Assembly (NCBI GenBank): GCA_025356445.1
Contig: JANXSZ010000001.1
Location: 168,559 to 232,558, forward strand
Direction of reading: 5' to 3'
DNA length: 64,000 nt
DNA from: Betaproteobacteria bacterium
GTDB lineage: Bacteria > Pseudomonadota > Gammaproteobacteria > Burkholderiales > Burkholderiaceae_C
Below are positions 28,383-39,045 of the stretch, piece after piece. The notes under the pieces are model-generated. The model worked only from the letters and a program-made list of their open reading frames with translations. It was not told the DNA's origin and did no database searches. Position numbers and translations under genes: made by a program. Every line of letters starts with the position of its first letter. Position 1 is the first letter of the stretch.

Positions 28383-31300
28383 CTACACCAGAACCCGCTC
28401 AATCCCCCCGGTATTGGCAGCGCTCACGTACTGCCCCATCCAGTCTTCGCCCAGAATCTGGTTAGCCATCTCAACGACGATGTAATCCGCTTCCAGCAGG
28501 CCGTTGTTCAGGTCATTGCCGTAGCGCGACAGGCCTTGCAAGCAGCTGGGGCAGCTGGTCAAAATTTTGACGTTGGCGGCCTCGCCTTTGGCCTCTTTGG
28601 TCACGTCCGCCCCCGTCAACTTGCGCAACGCGGTCACATCTTTTTGCAACTCTTCCTCCTTGCGGAACCGGATTTGCGTCGAAATATCGGGCCGGGTCAC
28701 GCCCAGCGTGCCGGATTCGCCGCAGCAGCGTTTGGATTCCAGCACCTTGTCACCCATCAGCGCTTTCACGGTTTTCATCGGCTCTTGCAGCTTCATCGGG
28801 CTGTGGCAAGGGTCGTGGTACAGGTAGCCTTGGTCGCCACCGGTGTTCAGCGTGATGCCTTTTTCGAGCAAATACTCGTGGATGTCGATGATGCGGCTGC
28901 CGGGGAAAATCTTCTCAAACTGGTAACCCTGCAACTGGTCATAGCAGGTGCCGCAGCTCACCACCACGGTTTTGATGTCCAGGTAATTCAGCGTGTTGGC
29001 CACGCGGTGGAACAGCACCCGGTTGTCCGTGATCATCTTTTCGGCCTTGTCCGCCTGACCTGAACCCCGCTGCGGGTAGCCACAGCACAGGTAGCCAGGT
29101 GGCAGCACGGTTTGCACACCCGCGCGCCACAGCATGGCTTGGGTGGCCAAACCGACCTGCGAAAACAGCCGCTCTGAACCGCAACCTGGGAAATAAAACA
29201 CCGCCTCAGTTTCTGACGTTGTGGTTTTAGGGTCGCGAATAATGGGAACGTAGTCTTTGTCCTCGATATCGAGCAAAGCACGCGCCGTCTTTTTGGGCAG
29301 ACCGGACGGCATCTTTTTGTTGATGAAGTGGATCACCTGTTCTTTGATCGGTGCCGTGCCCACGCTGGCCGGTGGCTTGGCCGTTTGCGTTTTGGCAAAG
29401 CTGCGCAACACGTCGTTCGCCAAGCGCTGGGCTTTGAAGCCCACATCGACCATCGCGCTGCGCATCACCTTGATGGTTTGCGGGTTGGTGGCGTTCAGGA
29501 AGAACATGGCGGCAGCGTTACCGGGCCGAAAGCTCTTTTGCCCCATCTTGCGCAGCAGGTTGCGCATGTTCATCGAAACTTCACCGAAGTCGATGTTCAC
29601 CGGGCAGGGTGTCAGGCACTTGTGGCAAACGGTGCAGTGGTCGGCCACGTCTTCAAATTCCTCCCAATGCTTGATAGAGATACCGCGCCGGGTTTGCTCT
29701 TCGTACAGGAAGGCCTCTACCAAGAGCGAAGTCGCCAAAATCTTGTTGCGCGGGCTGTACAGCAGATTGGCGCGTGGCACATGGGTGGCACAGACGGGCT
29801 TGCATTTACCGCAGCGCAGGCAGTCTTTCACGCTGGCGGCAATCTCGCCAATATCGCTCTGCTGCATGATGAGCGACTCATGGCCCATCAGGCCAAAGCT
29901 AGGGGTGTAAGCATTGGTCAAATCAGCCTCTAGCGCTTGATTTGAAGGCGTAGAGTGCTCCTTATTTCGCAGCAACTTACCCTTGTTAAAGCGGCCTTCA
30001 GGGTCAATCCGCGCTTTGTAGTCGGTGAACGGCTGCAACTCCGCATCCGTCAAAAACTCCAGCTTGGTGATGCCTATGCCGTGCTCGCCCGAGATCACGC
30101 CGTCCAGGCTGCGCGCCAGCACCATGATGCGTTTGACCGCCTCGTGCGCGGCTTGCAGCATGTCGTAATCGTCGCTGTTAACAGGGATATTGGTATGGAC
30201 ATTGCCGTCCCCCGCGTGCATGTGCAGCGCCACCCAGACGCGGCCCTTGAGCACACGCTTGTGGATGGCCGTGCATTCAGCCAAGATGGCTTCAAACGCT
30301 TGCCCCGAGAAGATACCTTGCAGCGGCGCGCGGATTTGCGTCTTCCAGCTCGCCCGCAAGGCATGGTCTTGCAGCTGCGGGAAGAGTGCCTCCACATTGT
30401 CCAGCCAGCCCTGCCACAGCGTACGCACCTCACGCACCAGCGTCACGGCTTGCGCCACACGGTCCTCCAGCATCTCGGCACTGGGGATGTCATTGGCGTC
30501 ATCGCCCTTGCCCAGCGGCAGTTTACCGGTGGTGAAAAAGGCTTCCAGCGCGTCGCAGAGCTTGAGCTTGTTCGCCAGACTCAGTTCGATGTTGATGCGC
30601 TCAATGCCATCGGTGTACTCGGCCATGCGCGGAAGCGGGATCACCACGTCTTCGTTGATTTTGAAGGCATTGGTGTGCTTGGAAATCGCAGCCGTGCGCT
30701 TGCGGTCCAGCCAAAATTTCTTGCGTGCCTCGGGGCTGATGGCGATGAAACCTTCGCCGCTGCGCGAATTGGCGATACGCACCACTTCGCTGGTGGCGCG
30801 GGCCACGTCATCGGCGTTGTCACCAGCAATGTCACCCACCAGCACCATTTTGGGCAGGGTGCCGCGTTTGGATTTGGTGGTGTAGCCCACGGCACGCAGG
30901 TAGCGGTCGTCCAGATGCTCCAAGCCAGCGAGCAGCACGCCAGAGCGCTTTTGCTCGGCAAACATGAAGTCTTTGATCTCGACGATGCTGGGCACCGCGT
31001 CTTTGGCGTGGCCAAAGAACTCCAGGCACACGGTGCGGGTGTGCTGCGGCATGCGGTGAACGATCCAGCGGCCCGAGGTAATCAGGCCATCACAGCCTTC
31101 TTTCTGGATGCCGGGCAGGCCACTCAAGAACTTGTCCGTCACGTCTTTGCCCAGGCCTTCTTTGCGGAAGCTGGGGCCGGGAATGTCCAAACGCTCGGTT
31201 TTGACGTGGGTTTTGCCGTCCGCCTCAAAGTATTTCAGCTCGAAGCTGGCCATCGGCGTGTCGTGAATCTTGCCCAGGTTGTGGTTCAGACGGGTAACTT

Positions 31301-32297
31301 CCAGCCACTGTGCGTCCGGCGTCACCATGCGCCACGAGGCTAAATTGTCCAGTGCGGTACCCCACAGCACGGCTTTTTTGCCGCCCGCGTTCATAGCGAT
31401 GTTGCCGCCTACACAGCTGGCTTCAGCGGATGTAGGGTCAACAGCAAAGATATAGCCGCCACGCTCAGCCGCATCAGCCACACGCTGCGTCACCACACCT
31501 GCACCGCTCCAGACAGTAGGCACGGGGTGGTCTACGCCAGGCAGCGTCACCATCTCCACCTCGGTCATGGCCTCCAGCTTTTCGGTGTTAATAACGGCGC
31601 TGCGCCACGTCAACGGAATCGCGCCACCCGTGTAACCTGTGCCGCCGCCACGCGGGATGATGGTCAATTTCAGCTCGATGCAGGCGCGCACCAGACCGGC
31701 CATTTCGGCCTCGGTGTCGGGCGTAAGCACCACAAACGGGTATTCCACGCGCCAATCGGTAGCGTCGGTGACATGCGAGACGCGCGAGAGGCCATCGAAC
31801 TTGATGTTGTCTTTGGCAGTAACTTTGCCCAACTTGCGGGCTGCGCTTTTGCGCAGCTCAGCCACTTCAGAAAACATAGCATCAAATGCTTTAACAGCAA
31901 GCGCTGCAGCCGCCAGAAGCTCAGAAACCAAGGCATCGCGGCTGGCATCAACCTGGGGCGTGCGGCGCTTTTGAACCTCTTGCAAGCGGTGCTCCAGCGC
32001 TTCGACCAGTTGACGGCGGCGCTTGGGGTTGTCGAGCAAATCGTCTTGCAGGTAGGGGTTGCGCTGCACCACCCAGATATCGCCCAAAATTTCGTACAGC
32101 ATGCGCGCAGAGCGACCTGTGCGGCGCTCGGTGCGCAGCTGACTGGCCAGCTCCCAGGCACGGGGGCCGAGCAGGCGGATCACGATTTCACGGTCAGAGA
32201 AGCTCGTGTAGTTGTAGGGGATTTCGCGCAAACGCACAGGCTCTGCGGCCTGTGACAACAGGGTGGCCAACGCAACGGGGGCATTCATGGGGTGCAA
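28383..32297 (-). CDS. large fusion oxidoreductase: DUF3683 N-terminal domain, FAD-linked oxidase (GlcD-like), 4Fe-4S and Cys-rich (GlcF/CCG-like) domains
   Basis: 1304 aa. The N-terminus has [16 protein letters not shown] (DUF3683-like). The FAD-binding region has [13 protein letters not shown]. Ferredoxin-type clusters are [11 protein letters not shown] and [12 protein letters not shown]. The C-terminal Cys-rich repeats are FPGCGSE and HDPCH. Confidence 0.8.
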   Translation of the reverse strand: MHPMNAPVALATLLSQAAEPVRLREIPYNYTSFSDREIVIRLLGPRAWELASQLRTERRTGRSARMLYEILGDIWVVQRNPYLQDDLLDNPKRRRQLVEALEHRLQEVQKRRTPQVDASRDALVSELLAAAALAVKAFDAMFSEVAELRKSAARKLGKVTAKDNIKFDGLSRVSHVTDATDWRVEYPFVVLTPDTEAEMAGLVRACIELKLTIIPRGGGTGYTGGAIPLTWRSAVINTEKLEAMTEVEMVTLPGVDHPVPTVWSGAGVVTQRVADAAERGGYIFAVDPTSAEASCVGGNIAMNAGGKKAVLWGTALDNLASWRMVTPDAQWLEVTRLNHNLGKIHDTPMASFELKYFEADGKTHVKTERLDIPGPSFRKEGLGKDVTDKFLSGLPGIQKEGCDGLITSGRWIVHRMPQHTRTVCLEFFGHAKDAVPSIVEIKDFMFAEQKRSGVLLAGLEHLDDRYLRAVGYTTKSKRGTLPKMVLVGDIAGDNADDVARATSEVVRIANSRSGEGFIAISPEARKKFWLDRKRTAAISKHTNAFKINEDVVIPLPRMAEYTDGIERINIELSLANKLKLCDALEAFFTTGKLPLGKGDDANDIPSAEMLEDRVAQAVTLVREVRTLWQGWLDNVEALFPQLQDHALRASWKTQIRAPLQGIFSGQAFEAILAECTAIHKRVLKGRVWVALHMHAGDGNVHTNIPVNSDDYDMLQAAHEAVKRIMVLARSLDGVISGEHGIGITKLEFLTDAELQPFTDYKARIDPEGRFNKGKLLRNKEHSTPSNQALEADLTNAYTPSFGLMGHESLIMQQSDIGEIAASVKDCLRCGKCKPVCATHVPRANLLYSPRNKILATSLLVEAFLYEEQTRRGISIKHWEEFEDVADHCTVCHKCLTPCPVNIDFGEVSMNMRNLLRKMGQKSFRPGNAAAMFFLNATNPQTIKVMRSAMVDVGFKAQRLANDVLRSFAKTQTAKPPASVGTAPIKEQVIHFINKKMPSGLPKKTARALLDIEDKDYVPIIRDPKTTTSETEAVFYFPGCGSERLFSQVGLATQAMLWRAGVQTVLPPGYLCCGYPQRGSGQADKAEKMITDNRVLFHRVANTLNYLDIKTVVVSCGTCYDQLQGYQFEKIFPGSRIIDIHEYLLEKGITLNTGGDQGYLYHDPCHSPMKLQEPMKTVKALMGDKVLESKRCCGESGTLGVTRPDISTQIRFRKEEELQKDVTALRKLTGADVTKEAKGEAANVKILTSCPSCLQGLSRYGNDLNNGLLEADYIVVEMANQILGEDWMGQYVSAANTGGIERVLV

Positions 32298-32444
32298 AGT
32301 ACCTGGAAAATTCGAGGTCAGGCGCTGCGCGCTCTCAGACCGTGGGGGGCCTTGATTTTAGGGCAGTGGGCGAAAAATCACCCACACCCTCTCAAACGAC
32401 CATCATTGCCGCAGCATTTCGACGTTAACCGCCGTTCAAGCTGG

Positions 32445-33683
32445 CTAAAACAGCACCCGAGAGCGGATGGTGCCCGGCACAGCAGCCAGCTTCTCCAAGG
32501 CCAGATCGGAGGATGCGGCATCAATGTCGATCACCACATAGCCCACCTTTTCATTGGTTTGCAAAAACTGCGCGCAGATATTGATGTGGTTGTCCGAAAA
32601 AATGCGGTTCACTTCGGACAGCACACCGGGCACGTTGTGGTGGATGTGCAGCAGACGGTGCTTGCCAGGGTGCGCAGGCAACGCCACTTCAGGAAAGTTG
32701 ACGGATGAGGTAGAGGTGCCGTTGTCGCTGTACTTGACCAGTTTTTCCGCCACTTCCAAGCCGATGTTGGCCTGCGCCTCCAAGGTGGAGCCGCCAATGT
32801 GGGGGGTCAGGATCACGTTGTCCAGCCCACGCAGAGGCGAAATGAACTCGTCTTTGTTGGTGCGCGGTTCAACCGGGAACACGTCGATGGCAGCACCTAG
32901 CAGCTTTTTGTCGCGCAAGGCTTGCGCCAGGGGCTCAATGTCCACCACCGTGCCGCGTGAGGCGTTGATGAGGATGCTGCCCTGCTTCATCGCAGCGATC
33001 TCTGCGGCACCGATCATCCACTGCGTGGCAGCAGTTTCGGGCACGTGCAAGCTCACGATGTCACTTTGACCCAGCAGCTCGTGCAGGTTATGAACCTGGC
33101 GCGTATTGCCCAGCGGCAGTTTGGCCACCACGTCATAAAACGCGACATGCATCCCCAGCGCCTCGGCCAGCACCGAGAGCTGGGTACCGATGGAGCCGTA
33201 GCCCACCAAGCCCAGCGTCTTGCCACGAATCTCAAAAGAATTGTCAGCCGTCTTGAGCCAACCGCCACGGTGCGCCACTGCGCTCTTTTCAGGCACGCCA
33301 CGCAACAGCAAAATCGCCTCGGCGATGACCAGCTCTGCCACGGAACGGGTGTTGGAAAACGGCGCATTGAAGACGGCAATACCGCGTTCGCGGGCAGCCT
33401 CTAAATCGACTTGGTTGGTGCCTATGCAAAAGCAACCCACGGCCGCCAGCTTGGTGGCATGTGAAAAAATATCGGCCGTCAGCTGGGTGCGAGAACGGAT
33501 GCCCAGAAAGTGCGCATCGGCAATCTTGGCCTTCAGTTCAGCATCAGGCAGCGCGCCGGGGAGAGATTCGATGTTGGTGTAACCGGCTGTGCGGAGCACC
33601 TCCAACGCGGAGGGATGAACGCCTTCAAGCAGCAAAAACTTGATCTTGGTTTTGTCCAGGGAAGTCTTAAACATCTTAGTCAT
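32445..33683 (-). CDS. serA: D-3-phosphoglycerate dehydrogenase with C-terminal ACT domain
   Basis: It has KIKFLLLEGVH, the NAD-binding GLVGYGSIGTQLS, catalytic HIGGST and a C-terminal ACT region. The start is placed at the ATG at 33683 (412 aa); the track ORF begins at 33734. Confidence 0.93.
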   Translation of the reverse strand: MTKMFKTSLDKTKIKFLLLEGVHPSALEVLRTAGYTNIESLPGALPDAELKAKIADAHFLGIRSRTQLTADIFSHATKLAAVGCFCIGTNQVDLEAARERGIAVFNAPFSNTRSVAELVIAEAILLLRGVPEKSAVAHRGGWLKTADNSFEIRGKTLGLVGYGSIGTQLSVLAEALGMHVAFYDVVAKLPLGNTRQVHNLHELLGQSDIVSLHVPETAATQWMIGAAEIAAMKQGSILINASRGTVVDIEPLAQALRDKKLLGAAIDVFPVEPRTNKDEFISPLRGLDNVILTPHIGGSTLEAQANIGLEVAEKLVKYSDNGTSTSSVNFPEVALPAHPGKHRLLHIHHNVPGVLSEVNRIFSDNHINICAQFLQTNEKVGYVVIDIDAASSDLALEKLAAVPGTIRSRVLF

Positions 33684-33790
33684 TGAGGGGAAACCCTTAA
33701 AAAGGAGGGTGATGCTAGCACGGGGTGTGCTCATGGAAACCCCGCTGGCGCACGCCTTGGGCTGGCGTGTTAAATCAGGGCGTCACGCTG

Positions 33791-33846
33791 TTGTCGATTT
33801 TCTGTCACCGTTATGCCATCCAAATGTCATACAAGGCCATTACGAT
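33791..33846 (+). promoter_or_regulatory. tandem Pho boxes plus -10 element upstream of ugpB
   Basis: Four 7-nt repeats with exact 11-bp phasing: TTGTCGA (33791), CTGTCAC (33802), ATGCCAT (33813), ATGTCAT (33824). The consensus is CTGTCAT. TACGAT follows 10 nt after the last repeat, which is the same geometry as E. coli PhoB-dependent promoters. Confidence 0.55.
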
Positions 33847-33884
33847 GCTTCATTTTGCTGGCCTGTTTTAAATCTGGAGAACCT

Positions 33885-35195
33885 ATGAAGTTCAAGTTTG
33901 CTGCTGCGGCGTTGGTCGCCGCAATGTCTATGTCGTTCTCTGCCCGTGCAGAAACCGAAATTCAGTGGTGGCATTCGATGGGGGGTGCTTTGGGTGAATG
34001 GGTGAATGACCTCGCCAAAGATTTCAACGCCAGCCAAAAGACTTACAAAATCGTGCCTACCTTCAAAGGCAGCTACGACGAATCCATGACAGCCGCGATT
34101 GCCGCCTACCGTGCGGGTAACGCCCCACATATCTTGCAAGTATTCGAAGTGGGCACGGCCACGATGATGGCATCCAAAGGCGCCATCAAGCCCGTGGGCG
34201 AAGTCATGAAAGAAGGCGGCGTCAAGTTTGACCCCGCAGCTTACGTGCCTGCGGTGGCTGGGTACTACACCGCGCCCAACGGCCAGATGCTGAGCTTCCC
34301 GTTCAACAGCTCCACCCCCGTCTTTCATTACAACAAAGACGCCTTCAAAGCGGCAGGCCTTGACCCCGAAAAGCCCCCAACCACTTGGCCCGAAGTGGCG
34401 CTGGCAGCAGCCAAACTCAAAACAAGCGGCCACAAGTGCCCCTACACCACCAGCTGGATGAGCTGGACGCAGCTGGAAAGCTTCTCAGCTTGGCATAACA
34501 CGCTGTATGCCACCAAGAACAACGGATTCGGTGGTCTGGACACGCGCTTGGTATTCAACACCCCCCTGCATGTGCGCCACATTGAAAACCTGGCCAACAT
34601 GGCCAAAAGCGGTCTGTTTGTCTACAAAGGCCGCGGCAACGCGGCTGACGCAAGCTTCGTTTCTGGCGAATGCGCCATGATGACTGGTTCTTCCGCACTG
34701 TACGGTAACGTGGTGCGCAACGGCAAATTCGGCTACGGCATTGGCACCCTGCCCTACTACCCTGATGTGCCCGGTGCACCGCAAAACACCGTTATCGGTG
34801 GTGCAAGCTTGTGGGTGATGAGCGGTAAAAAGACGGACGAATACAAAGGCATAGCGCAGTTCTTCAGCTACCTCTCGCAGCCAGACGTAGCGGCCAAAAG
34901 CCACCAGCGCACCGGTTATTTGCCCGTCACCAAGGCTTCTTTTGAGCTGACCGACAAGAGTGGTTTCTACAAAAAGAACCCCGGCACTGATGTATCGGTG
35001 AACCAGATGATCCGCAAAACCACCGACAAATCGCGGGGCGTGCGTTTGGGCAACTTTGTACAAATCCGCACCATCATCGATGAAGAACTGGAAGGCGTAT
35101 GGGGCGGGAAAAAGCAACCCAAAGAAGCGCTGGACGCGGCCATCACCCGTGGTAACGAACAACTTGAACGCTTCCAAAAAGCCAACAAGTCTTGA
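33885..35195 (+). CDS. ugpB: sn-glycerol-3-phosphate ABC transporter substrate-binding protein
   Basis: The start is at the ATG at 33885, preceded by GGAGA. It has a signal peptide MKFKFAAAALVAAMSMSFSARA and a mature N-terminus ETEIQWWHSMGG typical of UgpB. Confidence 0.9.
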   Translation: MKFKFAAAALVAAMSMSFSARAETEIQWWHSMGGALGEWVNDLAKDFNASQKTYKIVPTFKGSYDESMTAAIAAYRAGNAPHILQVFEVGTATMMASKGAIKPVGEVMKEGGVKFDPAAYVPAVAGYYTAPNGQMLSFPFNSSTPVFHYNKDAFKAAGLDPEKPPTTWPEVALAAAKLKTSGHKCPYTTSWMSWTQLESFSAWHNTLYATKNNGFGGLDTRLVFNTPLHVRHIENLANMAKSGLFVYKGRGNAADASFVSGECAMMTGSSALYGNVVRNGKFGYGIGTLPYYPDVPGAPQNTVIGGASLWVMSGKKTDEYKGIAQFFSYLSQPDVAAKSHQRTGYLPVTKASFELTDKSGFYKKNPGTDVSVNQMIRKTTDKSRGVRLGNFVQIRTIIDEELEGVWGGKKQPKEALDAAITRGNEQLERFQKANKS

Positions 35196-35247
35196 CTTGA
35201 CCTGATCTGAACAGCCTCGCTTACCCCGTTTAACTGCCCCGCACCTT

Positions 35248-36129
35248 ATGGAAAAACGTGTTCTTTTTCGCTCCACTTGGTTGCCCTGGGTGCTGATCGC
35301 GCCGCAAATGGCGATCGTGCTGGTGTTTTTCTTCTGGCCTGCAGGGCAGGCGCTGTACCAGAGTCTGTTGCAGCAAGACGCGTTTGGTACGTCGGTAGAG
35401 TTCGTGGGCTGGCAAAACTTCAACCAGCTGTTCGCAGACCCGAGCTACCTGGATTCGTTCAAAACCACAGCCTTCTTCTCCATCTCGGTGGCGGTAGCGG
35501 GCCTGACGATTGCGCTGCTGCTGGCCGTCATGGCCAACCGCGTCGTGCGTGGGGCAGGTATCTACAAAACCCTGCTGATCTGGCCCTATGCCGTGGCCCC
35601 TGTGGTGGCAGGCGTGCTGTGGGTGCTGATGTTTGCCGCGCCCTACGGCTTGGTGGCTTACGGCCTGCGAAAAATCGGCATCGAGTGGGATCACCTGCTC
35701 AATCCCACCCACGCTATGGCATTGATCGTGATGGCGGCGGTATGGAAGCAGATTTCGTACAACTTTTTGTTCTTTCTGGCGGGCTTGCAATCCATCCCGC
35801 ATTCGCTGATTGAAGCTGCCACGATTGACGGCGCCTCCCCGTGGAAACGGTTTTGGAGCATCGTGTTCCCGCTGCTCTCACCCACCACCTTCTTTTTGCT
35901 GGTCATCAACATCATTTACGCCTTCTTCGACACCTTCGCTATCGTCGATGCCGCCACCCACGGCGGGCCGGGTAAAGACACCGCAATTCTGGTCTACAAG
36001 GTCTACTACGACGGATTCAAGGCACTGGACATGGGCGGCTCTGCGGCACAGTCCGTGGTGCTGATGCTGATCGTGATTGTGCTGACGGTGGTGCAGTTCA
36101 AGTTTGTTGAGAAAAAAGTGCAGTATTGA
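35248..36129 (+). CDS. ugpA: sn-glycerol-3-phosphate ABC transporter permease
   Basis: 293 aa, a MalF/UgpA-type permease with EAA loop [25 protein letters not shown]. Confidence 0.9.
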   Translation: MEKRVLFRSTWLPWVLIAPQMAIVLVFFFWPAGQALYQSLLQQDAFGTSVEFVGWQNFNQLFADPSYLDSFKTTAFFSISVAVAGLTIALLLAVMANRVVRGAGIYKTLLIWPYAVAPVVAGVLWVLMFAAPYGLVAYGLRKIGIEWDHLLNPTHAMALIVMAAVWKQISYNFLFFLAGLQSIPHSLIEAATIDGASPWKRFWSIVFPLLSPTTFFLLVINIIYAFFDTFAIVDAATHGGPGKDTAILVYKVYYDGFKALDMGGSAAQSVVLMLIVIVLTVVQFKFVEKKVQY

Positions 36130-36130
36130 G

Positions 36131-36985
36131 ATGATTGAACGCCGCCCCTTCCTCACCTTCATCTCGCACTTCGTCCTGTGCCTGGGTGCGCTGATCGTTG
36201 TCTTCCCTGTGTTTGTCGCCTTCATAGGCTCGACCCAAACCGCTGAGCAAATCGCCAGCAGCAACCCCATTTCGCTGTGGCCGGGTGGCCACATGATTGA
36301 AAGCTACAAGCTCGCGCTGTTCGGTGGCAAAACCTCGGGCGGCTCCACCATCGCTGCCGCCTTCCCCATGCTGTGGGTCAGCTTGGTCACGGCGCTGACG
36401 ATTGCGATTGGGAAGATTGCGATCTCGCTGCTATCAGCCTTCGCCATCGTGTATTTCCGCTTCCCATTCAAAAATACCGTGTTCTGGATGATTTTCATCA
36501 CGCTGATGCTGCCCGTTGAAGTGCGCATCGGCCCGACGTATGAAGTCGTCTCGAACCTGAAGATGCTCAACACCTACGCCGGCCTGACGGTGCCGCTGAT
36601 CGCTTCGGCCACCGCCACTTTCCTGTTCCGCCAGTTCTTCCTGACGGTGCCCGACGAGTTGGTCGAAGCTGCCCGCATCGACGGTGCAGGCCCGATGCGC
36701 TTCTTTTGGGATGTGCTGCTGCCACTCTCAAAAACCTCGATTGCCGCGCTGTTCGTGATCCAGTTCATCTACGGCTGGAACCAGTACCTGTGGCCGCTGC
36801 TCGTCACCACCAACGAAGACATGTACCCCATCGTGCTGGGCATCAAGCGGGCCATTTTTGGTGAGGTCTACACCGAGTGGAACGTGGTGATGGCGACAGC
36901 CATCCTCGCCATGCTGCCACCGGCTCTGGTGGTGATCCTGATGCAAAAATGGTTCGTCAAAGGCTTGGTAGACACGGAAAAGTAA
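36131..36985 (+). CDS. ugpE: sn-glycerol-3-phosphate ABC transporter permease
   Basis: The start is at the ATG at 36131, one base after the ugpA stop. It has EAA loop [24 protein letters not shown]. Confidence 0.9.
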   Translation: MIERRPFLTFISHFVLCLGALIVVFPVFVAFIGSTQTAEQIASSNPISLWPGGHMIESYKLALFGGKTSGGSTIAAAFPMLWVSLVTALTIAIGKIAISLLSAFAIVYFRFPFKNTVFWMIFITLMLPVEVRIGPTYEVVSNLKMLNTYAGLTVPLIASATATFLFRQFFLTVPDELVEAARIDGAGPMRFFWDVLLPLSKTSIAALFVIQFIYGWNQYLWPLLVTTNEDMYPIVLGIKRAIFGEVYTEWNVVMATAILAMLPPALVVILMQKWFVKGLVDTEK

Positions 36986-37007
36986 AGTTTTCGGCACCTG
37001 AATCAGC

Positions 37008-37057
37008 CTCTACAGCACACCAGAACGGCTTCAATAGCTATAAATAACGTAGCAAAT
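37008..37057. repeat. dispersed ~50-nt intergenic repeat, copy C (more diverged)
   Basis: CTCTACAGCACACCAGAACGGCTTCAATAGCTATAAATAACGTAGCAAAT lies between ugpE and ugpC. It shares the CT(G/C)TA(C)AGCACA arm and the AGCTAT-N9-TAGCAA core with the copies at 47262 and 57285. Confidence 0.55.
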
Positions 37058-37064
37058 AAATAAC

Positions 37065-38069
37065 ATGGCTGCCATACAACTTAACAACGTCATCAAGCGC
37101 TACGGCAAGGGCAAAACCGCCAATCAGGTCATCCACGGCGTGAATGCAGACATCCAGGACGGTGAATTCATTGTCATCGTCGGCCCCTCTGGCTGCGGCA
37201 AATCCACGCTGCTGCGCATGGTCGCCGGGCTGGAAGAGATCAGCGACGGCACCATCTCCATCGGTGGGCGCGTCGTCAACAACCTGGAACCGGCCGAGCG
37301 CGATATCGCCATGGTGTTCCAAAACTACGCGCTCTACCCCCACATGAGCGTGTTCGAGAACATGGCTTACGGCCTGAAGATCGCCAAAGTGCCGTTGGAC
37401 GAAATCAAAGCCCGCGTGGACAAGGCAGCCAAAATTCTGGAAATCGGCCCCTTCCTGAACCGCAAACCGCGCGAACTCTCGGGTGGCCAGCGTCAGCGTG
37501 TCGCCATGGGCCGCGCCATCGTGCGCCAGCCACAGGTGTTTTTATTCGACGAACCGCTCAGCAACCTGGACGCCAAGCTGCGTGCCCAAACCCGGCTGGA
37601 AATCCAGAAACTGCACCGCGAACTGGGCATCACCAGCCTGTTCGTCACCCACGACCAAGTGGAGGCGATGACGTTGGCGCAGCGCATCATTGTGATGAAC
37701 GGTGGCCGCATGGATCAGTTCGGCACACCCGACGAGGTGTACCACCGCCCCGCAACCACGTTTGTGGCCAGCTTCATAGGCTCTCCGCCCATGAACCTGC
37801 TGAAAAACGCGATTGGCGTGAAACCCGGTACGCTGATGGGCATCCGCCCCGAGCACCTGCACATCGGCCCAAACGGCTGGGAAGCCACCGTCGAAGCGGT
37901 GGAGTTGCTGGGCGCGGAACGCCTGGTCTACTGCCGCGTTGGTGACGAACAGTTGATCGTCCGCATGGATGAGGGCAAGCCTGCGCCTGTAGCCGGTGAA
38001 GCCGTCCATATCGCCCTGCAAGAAGAGCGCGTGCATTGGTTTGACGCAGAAAGTGGCAAACGGCTGTGA
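37065..38069 (+). CDS. ugpC: sn-glycerol-3-phosphate ABC transporter ATP-binding protein
   Basis: 334 aa. It has Walker [10 protein letters not shown], signature [14 protein letters not shown], Walker [11 protein letters not shown] and a MalK-type C-terminal domain. Confidence 0.92.
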   Translation: MAAIQLNNVIKRYGKGKTANQVIHGVNADIQDGEFIVIVGPSGCGKSTLLRMVAGLEEISDGTISIGGRVVNNLEPAERDIAMVFQNYALYPHMSVFENMAYGLKIAKVPLDEIKARVDKAAKILEIGPFLNRKPRELSGGQRQRVAMGRAIVRQPQVFLFDEPLSNLDAKLRAQTRLEIQKLHRELGITSLFVTHDQVEAMTLAQRIIVMNGGRMDQFGTPDEVYHRPATTFVASFIGSPPMNLLKNAIGVKPGTLMGIRPEHLHIGPNGWEATVEAVELLGAERLVYCRVGDEQLIVRMDEGKPAPVAGEAVHIALQEERVHWFDAESGKRL

Positions 38070-38851
38070 CAGCGATGCTTTCATCGGCCTCACTCGCCAC
38101 ACACTGGCCTTATCCCCGTTGGATTGCCCACCGGGGCGCTGGCAAATTAGCCCCTGAAAACACCCTGAGCGCCTTTCGCCTGGGGGCATCCCACGGCTAC
38201 CGCATGTTCGAGTGCGACGTGAAGCTGAGCGCCGATGGCGTTCCGTTTCTGATGCACGACGCTACGCTGAGTCGCACCACGAACGGCGATGGCACCGGTG
38301 GTGAGTACCCTTGGAACACCCTCGCGCAGCTCGATGCAGGCAGCTGGCATTCCCGCGCCTTCGCTGGTGAGCCGCTGCCCAGCTTTGAGAACATCGTCCG
38401 GTTCTGCCTGCGCAACGGCTATTTCCTGAACATCGAAATCAAAGCCACGCCGGGCGCAGAAGAGCACACCGGCCAAGTCGTCGCCCAGCACGCGGCCCGC
38501 CTGTGGCAAGCCCAGCAAGCCCGTCAAGACATCCCCCTGGCCCCGCCCTTGCTGACCTCGTTCAATACCGAATCATTGAGCGGTGCCCAAACCGGCGCAG
38601 CTGAATTACCCTGTGGCCTGCTGCTGGACACGCTGTGGAAAGGCTGGCTGGAAACAGCCCTCAGCCTGAACTGCGTGGCCATCGTGTGCAACCACACCCT
38701 GTGGGACACCGCCAGCGTCACCCAAGCCCAAAACGCAGGCTTGCGCACCTTGAGCTACACCGTCAACGACGAAGGGTCAGCACAGCGCTTGATCGACTTG
38801 GGTACGGACGGCATCATCACGGATCGGGTGGACGTGTTCAGCCCGGTGTGA
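38066..38851 (+). CDS. ugpQ: glycerophosphodiester phosphodiesterase
   Basis: 261 aa with GDPD motifs ([36 protein letters not shown]). It overlaps ugpC by 4 nt. Confidence 0.9.
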   Translation: MTAMLSSASLATHWPYPRWIAHRGAGKLAPENTLSAFRLGASHGYRMFECDVKLSADGVPFLMHDATLSRTTNGDGTGGEYPWNTLAQLDAGSWHSRAFAGEPLPSFENIVRFCLRNGYFLNIEIKATPGAEEHTGQVVAQHAARLWQAQQARQDIPLAPPLLTSFNTESLSGAQTGAAELPCGLLLDTLWKGWLETALSLNCVAIVCNHTLWDTASVTQAQNAGLRTLSYTVNDEGSAQRLIDLGTDGIITDRVDVFSPV

Positions 38852-38993
38852 AATGTGGCTGTTGTTTTAGCCACACCCAACACCCCCGTAATAACCCGTA
38901 CATTGCGCGCTAATCGAACAGCGCGTTCGATTGATCTTTAGCCCTGCCAACAAGAGATTGAAACGGGAATCGCCTTCCAGGACATTAGCTGAC

Positions 38994-39017
38994 AACCACT
39001 GCGGTGGTTCCTTTTTT
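38994..39017 (+). terminator. terminator-like hairpin plus U-tract located 29 nt upstream of the porin start codon
   Basis: AACCAC-TGCG-GTGGTT followed by CCTTTTTT. It could end ugp transcription, or it could be part of the porin 5' leader. Confidence 0.45.
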
Positions 39018-39045
39018 AGCAATCCCCTCGACAGGAGCAAGTCCC

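Noticed and set aside
38856-38877. Hairpin TGTGGCT-GTTGTTTT-AGCCACA right after ugpQ as the ugp terminator
   Set aside because: It is followed by CCCAACACCCCC rather than a U-tract, so it is not a convincing intrinsic terminator. It is mentioned only within the porin-leader finding.
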